Source: Candidatus Iainarchaeum sp.
Lineage (GTDB): Archaea > Iainarchaeota > Iainarchaeia > Iainarchaeales > 0-14-0-20-30-16
Direction: 5' to 3'
DNA: 32,000 nt
Assembly: GCA_028710695.1 (NCBI GenBank)
Contig: JAQTTP010000002.1
Span: 30,001 to 62,000, forward strand
Part shown: in pieces, positions 25,371 through 32,000 of the stretch
Layout: each line of letters opens with the position of its first letter
Numbering within the stretch: position 1 is the first letter of the stretch
Position numbers and translations under genes: made by a program
Notes under the pieces: model-generated
Databases searched by the model: none
What the model was told of the DNA's origin: nothing
Seen by the model: only the letters and a program-made list of their open reading frames with translations

Positions 25371-26825
25371 TTATAGCAGCCCCTTTATTAGTTTGAGAAT
25401 GTCTGCACTTTCTTTATCGAGTGTTGCTATTTCCCTAAGTATTTCTTGTGGATCTCGAAGTACTGTTTCTTCTTTTTTATTGGGATTCCTTACAGACAAA
25501 TCATAAGTATCAGTGTTTATATCATTAATATTCACAGTCCAAGAATTATCTGAATCGGCTTTAGTCTTTTGTAATTTAACAAATTCTTCTAGATCTTTTT
25601 CGTTTAATGGATTAGTTTTTCCTAAATTTCTATCCAAGTTCAATTGATAATACCAAATCTTTCTAGTAGGAACTCCTTTCTCAAAGAAAAGCACAACTGT
25701 TTTTACTCCAGCCCCTGAAAATGTGCCTTGTGGCAAATCTAAAATAGAGTGTAAATTACAACTTTCTAATAAATACTTTCTTAATGAAACCGAGGCATTA
25801 TCCGTATTTGATAAAAACGTATTCTTAATTACTATTCCTGCCTTGCCTTGTGCTTTTAAAATTTTTATGAAATGCTGCAAAAATAAAAATGCAGTCTCCC
25901 CAGTTTTAATTGGAAAATTTTGTTGAACTTCTACTCTTTCTTTTCCTCCAAAGGGAGGATTTGCTAAAACAATATCATAACGATCTTTTTCTTGTATATC
26001 AGTAATATTTTCTGCAAGAGTGTTTGTATGAATTATATTTGGTGATCCGATGCCGTGAAAAATCATATTCATAATTCCAATAATATATGCTAATGATTTT
26101 TTCTCTTTACCAAAAAAAGTATTTTTTTGTAGTATTTCCAAATCTTTAGTAGTGAGATTTTTACTGTTTTTCAAATATTCAAAAGCTTCACATAAGAACC
26201 CTGCAGAGCCAACTGCACCATCATAAATTTTATTTCCAATTTCAGGAGCTACAACCTTTACAATTGTTTTTATAAGTGGACGGGGTGTATAATATTCTCC
26301 CCCATTTCTACCTGCATTACCCATATTTTGAATTTTTGCTTCATATAGATGGGACATTTCATACTTTTCAGCATTAGAACTAAACCGCAACTCGTCAATT
26401 AAATTAATTACTTCACGTAAGGTATAGCCACTCTGAATCCTGTTTTTTAGTTCACTAAAAATTTCCCCAATTTTATATTCTATTGTGTTTGCACTTTCGG
26501 CGCTCGCTTTAAATTTTTTAAGATATGGAAATAACTTTTGATTAACAAAATCAGTTAGATCATCCCCCGTAAGAGCTTTTTGATGATCTAACTTACCATC
26601 TTTAGTCTTGGGAACCGCCCAGACACCCCATTGAAACTCTGGACTAATGATGCTTACATATGTTTTTCCTGATAATTCCGCAGAAATGTGTTTTTCTTTT
26701 TCCAGATCATCAAGATATTTCAAAAAAAGAATCCAAGAGGTTTGCTCAACATAATCTAATTCGCTGCTACAACCCGCATCTTTTCTAAGAATATCGTCTA
26801 TATTTTTAAAAATTTGCTCAAACAT
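25371..26825 (-). CDS. hsdM: Type I restriction enzyme methyltransferase (M) subunit
   Basis: YTPRPLIKTIVKVVAPEIGNKIYDGAVGSAGFLCEAFEYL and YDIVLANPPFGG. Confidence 0.96.
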   Translation of the reverse strand: MFEQIFKNIDDILRKDAGCSSELDYVEQTSWILFLKYLDDLEKEKHISAELSGKTYVSIISPEFQWGVWAVPKTKDGKLDHQKALTGDDLTDFVNQKLFPYLKKFKASAESANTIEYKIGEIFSELKNRIQSGYTLREVINLIDELRFSSNAEKYEMSHLYEAKIQNMGNAGRNGGEYYTPRPLIKTIVKVVAPEIGNKIYDGAVGSAGFLCEAFEYLKNSKNLTTKDLEILQKNTFFGKEKKSLAYIIGIMNMIFHGIGSPNIIHTNTLAENITDIQEKDRYDIVLANPPFGGKERVEVQQNFPIKTGETAFLFLQHFIKILKAQGKAGIVIKNTFLSNTDNASVSLRKYLLESCNLHSILDLPQGTFSGAGVKTVVLFFEKGVPTRKIWYYQLNLDRNLGKTNPLNEKDLEEFVKLQKTKADSDNSWTVNINDINTDTYDLSVRNPNKKEETVLRDPQEILREIATLDKESADILKLIKGLL

Positions 26826-26947
26826 TTTTTATCACCGCACATTTTTCGCGTTTTTAACAAATCAGCCAATTCACACCACTTCTCTTTCTTTCTCTTTTCT
26901 ATCTATATTATAGCTTGTATATTATAGATTATTAAAGATTATAACTC

Positions 26948-27616
26948 TTATGCCATTCTCAAGACATTATTAAGGCTTTTGTTTATTTCGTCCAACGTGT
27001 GCTCAGTAATAAACTTTTCCAATCCTGCTTTAAGCAACAGCACCAATATTGCTTTTTCTAAATACGTCACATAAACATTCAAATTTAATACTGGCATATT
27101 TTCTCCAACCTTAGCAGTTAAGTCTTTTAAAATATTTTTTTTGTTTTGTTGTAAACCGCCATGTTCATTTAATAAACAAATATTTTCTCCTAACCTGCAA
27201 AAATATCCTTTATCAAACTTGCCAGAATTATGCACAATTAGGTCTCTACGCAATATAAACTCGCAAATAAAAAACTTATCCAAAGATTTCAAAACTGTAT
27301 TCTTACAGATCACATCCTTCAATTTATTTTCATTTTTTAAAGCAGAACCGTAGGCCAAGTTTTTGGCAGATTCTAAAAAAGAACACAAAGTAACATAATT
27401 CCCGCATTGAAAATAAAAATCAACTGGGCTGATAACGCTATTTTGTTTAATCGTTTTTTCATGTTCAATTGCTTTTTCTTTTATAGCCCTAAAATCGTCA
27501 ACAAGCCAAGAAAATGTATTTTCAAGTATTTTATCTTCTTTACTTAGTTTTTTATACATTGCCAGATTAGAACTAATCATACAAAAAATGTCGTGAGTTT
27601 CAACCACAAAAATCAC
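26948..27616 (-). CDS. Putative HEPN-domain protein (Rx4H motif)
   Basis: KSLDKFFICEFILRRDLIVHNSGKFDKGYF contains R-x4-H (RDLIVH). GTG start overlaps stop of the transglutaminase-like gene. Confidence 0.5.
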   Translation of the reverse strand: MIFVVETHDIFCMISSNLAMYKKLSKEDKILENTFSWLVDDFRAIKEKAIEHEKTIKQNSVISPVDFYFQCGNYVTLCSFLESAKNLAYGSALKNENKLKDVICKNTVLKSLDKFFICEFILRRDLIVHNSGKFDKGYFCRLGENICLLNEHGGLQQNKKNILKDLTAKVGENMPVLNLNVYVTYLEKAILVLLLKAGLEKFITEHTLDEINKSLNNVLRMA

Positions 27617-28122
27617 TCAACCAATCTTTTTAATTTCTCCAATTCATCCAAACACAATATCTTCTGTCCTTTCTTTAAACAAGTAAAATCTAATCCTTTT
27701 AGAACTATTTTTGGTTTGCCATAAACATTATAATCTTTTGTGGGCCCTACTAAAGGATCATACTTGTGCCATTTGCCAGTGAAATAAATATCTACAAAGA
27801 TATGACCTGCTACTTGGCTACCTTTTTCTATACTTCTTATGGTTTCAACATATCTTACTGGAATTTTTAAACTCTTGCATAAAGAACAAAACAACAAACC
27901 GGCATCAGTGCAACCTGTTAAAAAACCAGAATTTAATACTTCTAAAGAATTTCGGGTTCTGAACAATTCTTTTTTGTAGCCTGTGTAAGGTAAAGACTTT
28001 AGATATTCAGTTATATTTGTCAAAGTTGATGATATTTTTCTTGATTTTAAAGTATTTGCCAAATTTAAAATTTCTTTTGAATTTGTGATATATTTTGTAA
28101 AATCTAAATACTTTAAAGGCAC
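27613..28122 (-). CDS. Transglutaminase-like domain protein
   Basis: TGCTDAGLLFCSLCKSLKIPVRYVETI...AGHIFVDIYFTGKWHKYDPL gives a Cys-His-Asp arrangement. Confidence 0.75.
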   Translation of the reverse strand: MPLKYLDFTKYITNSKEILNLANTLKSRKISSTLTNITEYLKSLPYTGYKKELFRTRNSLEVLNSGFLTGCTDAGLLFCSLCKSLKIPVRYVETIRSIEKGSQVAGHIFVDIYFTGKWHKYDPLVGPTKDYNVYGKPKIVLKGLDFTCLKKGQKILCLDELEKLKRLVE

Positions 28123-28220
28123 AATTAATTTAACCTACAAAACCCTTAAAAATAGAATACAAATAAACTTTTAACGGACATATTTCCCATCAGTGATGCA
28201 ATGATATCGATAATTAATCA

Positions 28221-29060
28221 TTATTGTTTTATTCCACATAAACAATAATAATATCTTGTCTTGGATTCATGTTTTATACTTAATGTTTTAAAGAAAGATT
28301 TTTGCTCTTCTAAAGAAATAAAACATTCTTGAGCAAGAGGGACCTGCTCTCCTGAAGAATTAAACTCATTTTTGTGGGCGTTTAGCCAGTCACAATAATC
28401 TTCATAAGTTAAACATTCATCTACAAGCCCAATAACACCCCCCTCTAGGGTAATACGCTCGATTTCAGAAGTTGCTTTTTGCTTATCTTGCAAGTTTAAA
28501 TGATGAAAAGTAAAGCCACTAATACAAATATCAAACTGACCTATGTTTTTGGGCAAATTAGTAATACCTGAACAAAAATATTTTGCTTTAGACAACTCCG
28601 CCTTGACTTCAACAGCAGACTTAAAATAAGAAAAATATTTTTCAAAAAGCAAATCTGGCAGATAAAAATTACCTACAATAGTGGATTCCAATGCTTTTTC
28701 AGAAACGTCTATTAAAACTAGCTTTGTTTTTTCAAGAAGATTGTGTTTCCCAAGAATGTCCAATAAAAACAAAGTTGATAATGAACCACCTGCAGAGCCC
28801 AAATCAATTACTTTAATGGCTGGTTTTTTAGAATAATAATCCAAATTAGAACTAATTTCTTTTTCAATAAATTCACATAACTCCTTGTTTCCAATAATTG
28901 GAAACAGTTCCTCTGTTGCCTTTTTATAAATATAATCTTTATCTAATTTTGAAAACCTTTCTTTTGCAGTTTTTGAAAACAAAGTACTAGGAATAAATTT
29001 CATTTCTTCAAATTGTTTTTTTGTTGGTTTAGGATTCACTTTCCAATTTATAGAAACCAT
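28221..29060 (-). CDS. Class I SAM-dependent methyltransferase
   Basis: IKVIDLGSAGGSLSTLFLLDIL...LVLIDVSEKAL; IGQFDICISGFTFHHL. Start at MVSINWKVNPK (29060) preferred over track 29099. Confidence 0.85.
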   Translation of the reverse strand: MVSINWKVNPKPTKKQFEEMKFIPSTLFSKTAKERFSKLDKDYIYKKATEELFPIIGNKELCEFIEKEISSNLDYYSKKPAIKVIDLGSAGGSLSTLFLLDILGKHNLLEKTKLVLIDVSEKALESTIVGNFYLPDLLFEKYFSYFKSAVEVKAELSKAKYFCSGITNLPKNIGQFDICISGFTFHHLNLQDKQKATSEIERITLEGGVIGLVDECLTYEDYCDWLNAHKNEFNSSGEQVPLAQECFISLEEQKSFFKTLSIKHESKTRYYYCLCGIKQ

Positions 29061-30780
29061 TTTCCATCTTCCTCTTTGTTTTTGAACTCCGCAATGCATT
29101 TAAGTTATTGTAATATTGTTCTTCCAATTCAGAAATATTTTTCTTATAAATTGTAGGCAAACTGACAATTTTTATTTCTGGTTCATCATAAATTTTATTT
29201 TTTGAGCTTAACTCTGAATAATGACTTGCACATTTACTTGGAATCAAAAAGAAGCCATTATAACGCATTGTCAAATTTTTATATTTTTCAGAAATTTTGT
29301 CCATTTTCTTATAATATAAGGTTATTTCTGTTTTTTTAGGAACTAATGACAAAATAATATTTGTTCCAACTTCTAATTTTTTGTTATGCTTTCTTGCATA
29401 ACAATCCAAGTAAGATAGAACTGATTTGTATCCCTTTAGACCAAGACTACATTTTGCAATTTTTGATTTTTCTGGAGTACATGATAAACCCCAGATATTT
29501 TCATAAGGCAAGTAAACATATTCTAATGTGTCTAAAAATAAAGAAATTAATTTTTTGTATATGTTGTTGTGTTTACTTTTTTGAATTATTATTGCTAAAG
29601 AATAGATTTCAATTCCATTTCCATAAAAAAATTTAAAGCCCAATGCTTTTGCATAATCAAGAATTTCCACTATTTTCTTTGCAAAACTTTCATCATTACT
29701 TGCGCCAAACAAAACTTGGTCATCCGTAGGAATTAATGCTGTTGCCCCCAAGCCGCAATAGTAATCCAAAAGTTTTTTACAATTGTCCACCGATTTTTCA
29801 AAATAGCCTTTGCCCCCCGCATGACAAAAATCACAATTTCTTTGGCACCCAAAAGAAATAAAGAACTCGTCTGCAGCAAAACGTACTTGTTTTCCAAGCA
29901 AGTTTATTATTGTATCTATTGGCAAATCCTGCATACTACAACAATAATCCAACAAAGATTCTTTTTTGTCAATTAATTCTTCTCTTCCAATAAGTTCTAC
30001 ATCAATGTCACAAAAATTAAAATATTTTGCTACTTCTTTTTTCCAAAAATAAATATTTCTTTTTCTAATTCCATCAGGCTGTTGATAATTTCTAGGCCCT
30101 AAATTCCTTACTTTTTTGTCTTTAAAATTATAATTTACTCCAGGCATTTCTGACAAAGAAGCATAATCTTTAGTCACAATTCCTTTTAATACATCTTCAC
30201 CACGGTCAGTAACAGTTCCAACAAAAACAAAATCAAAACCCAGATCCAACAAATAGTCTTCATACCCTTCTACACCAGTTCCAGAAGCCAATAAAACAAT
30301 TTTTTCGCCATATTTTGATTTTAGATATTTGCCCACTTTTCCAACTTCAGTTATTCTGCTTTCAAAAGGAGTAGTACACACAAATAAGTCTACAGAATCA
30401 ACCAGTTCATCAAAGCTTTTTATTGACTCTATAGGAACACCAATGTTTCTGAGTTCTATGTTGGATTTGCCATACTCTATTTTTTTATATACTGGACCCA
30501 AATATTTGTTTTTCCATGAAGACGATATAAATAAATTTCTTGGGACCGCAGAAAGATTCAATAATTTAGATTCTAATTTTATATTTCCCAAAGCACTTTG
30601 TAATTGCCTTATAGCAGATAAAATAGAAGTAAATGGATAATTTATTTGCCCATCATAACTTAAGACTTTTCCATCCGAACCAATTAGTTCAAATAATTTT
30701 GAATCCTTGGATGGAACAATCTTCAGCTGAATGTCTTGGGGCTTTATCCAGCAGATTTTTATCTTATCCAAATTTATCAC
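29029..30780 (-). CDS. B12-binding-domain radical SAM protein
   Basis: FISFGCQRNCDFCHAGGKGYF (CxxxCxxC); N-terminal region with VDLFVCTTPFESRITEVGKVGKYLKSKYGEKIVLLASG, GFDFVFVGTVTDRGEDVLKG. Confidence 0.85.
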   Translation of the reverse strand: MINLDKIKICWIKPQDIQLKIVPSKDSKLFELIGSDGKVLSYDGQINYPFTSILSAIRQLQSALGNIKLESKLLNLSAVPRNLFISSSWKNKYLGPVYKKIEYGKSNIELRNIGVPIESIKSFDELVDSVDLFVCTTPFESRITEVGKVGKYLKSKYGEKIVLLASGTGVEGYEDYLLDLGFDFVFVGTVTDRGEDVLKGIVTKDYASLSEMPGVNYNFKDKKVRNLGPRNYQQPDGIRKRNIYFWKKEVAKYFNFCDIDVELIGREELIDKKESLLDYCCSMQDLPIDTIINLLGKQVRFAADEFFISFGCQRNCDFCHAGGKGYFEKSVDNCKKLLDYYCGLGATALIPTDDQVLFGASNDESFAKKIVEILDYAKALGFKFFYGNGIEIYSLAIIIQKSKHNNIYKKLISLFLDTLEYVYLPYENIWGLSCTPEKSKIAKCSLGLKGYKSVLSYLDCYARKHNKKLEVGTNIILSLVPKKTEITLYYKKMDKISEKYKNLTMRYNGFFLIPSKCASHYSELSSKNKIYDEPEIKIVSLPTIYKKNISELEEQYYNNLNALRSSKTKRKMENGFYKLESES

Positions 30781-30789
30781 AAAACAATT

Positions 30790-32000
<1,211 letters not shown>

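Noticed and set aside
28190-28230. AATGAT...ATCATT inverted repeat between the MTase and transglutaminase-like genes
   Set aside because: Short 6-bp arms in AT-rich DNA, which could easily occur by chance. No clear promoter alignment.

Overview
AT-rich window, probably archaeal (my inference): TrmB-family regulators, TATA boxes about 25 nt upstream of start codons, and apparently leaderless genes. The left part (1-11.5 kb) is mostly ordinary. It holds a cupin, a methyltransferase, two TrmB-family regulators divergent from substrate-binding-protein genes, one complete SsuABC/TauABC-like ABC transporter, a MazG-like protein, a DUF2000 protein, and GNAT, HAD and alpha/beta-hydrolase genes. From about 11.5 kb the window is accessory-like. 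It has two paralogous Fic genes, one next to a PEP-utilising swivel-domain protein. A palindrome-rich non-coding block lies at 17.2-17.75 kb. An uncharacterised 4-gene cassette (18199-20964) encodes a 4-TM protein, a DUF3800/RNase H-like protein, a 2-TM protein and an Abi-C/HEPN-like protein. It is preceded by the C-terminal remnant of an N6-DNA methylase. RadC, a complete type I R-M operon (hsdMSR), a HEPN (Rx4H) plus transglutaminase-like pair, a B12/radical-SAM plus methyltransferase pair and partial gyrB follow. The most notable sequence-level observations are: (1) both fic promoters carry the same operator geometry, two copies of 10-bp arm-N16-10-bp arm at 39/40-bp period with the proximal pair bracketing the TATA box, although the arm sequences differ; (2) the 18.2-21.0 kb cassette is a candidate undescribed defence-type system; (3) the non-coding block contains duplicated TATA+palindrome units with apparent compensatory changes. 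All family assignments are by eye; no database search was possible.
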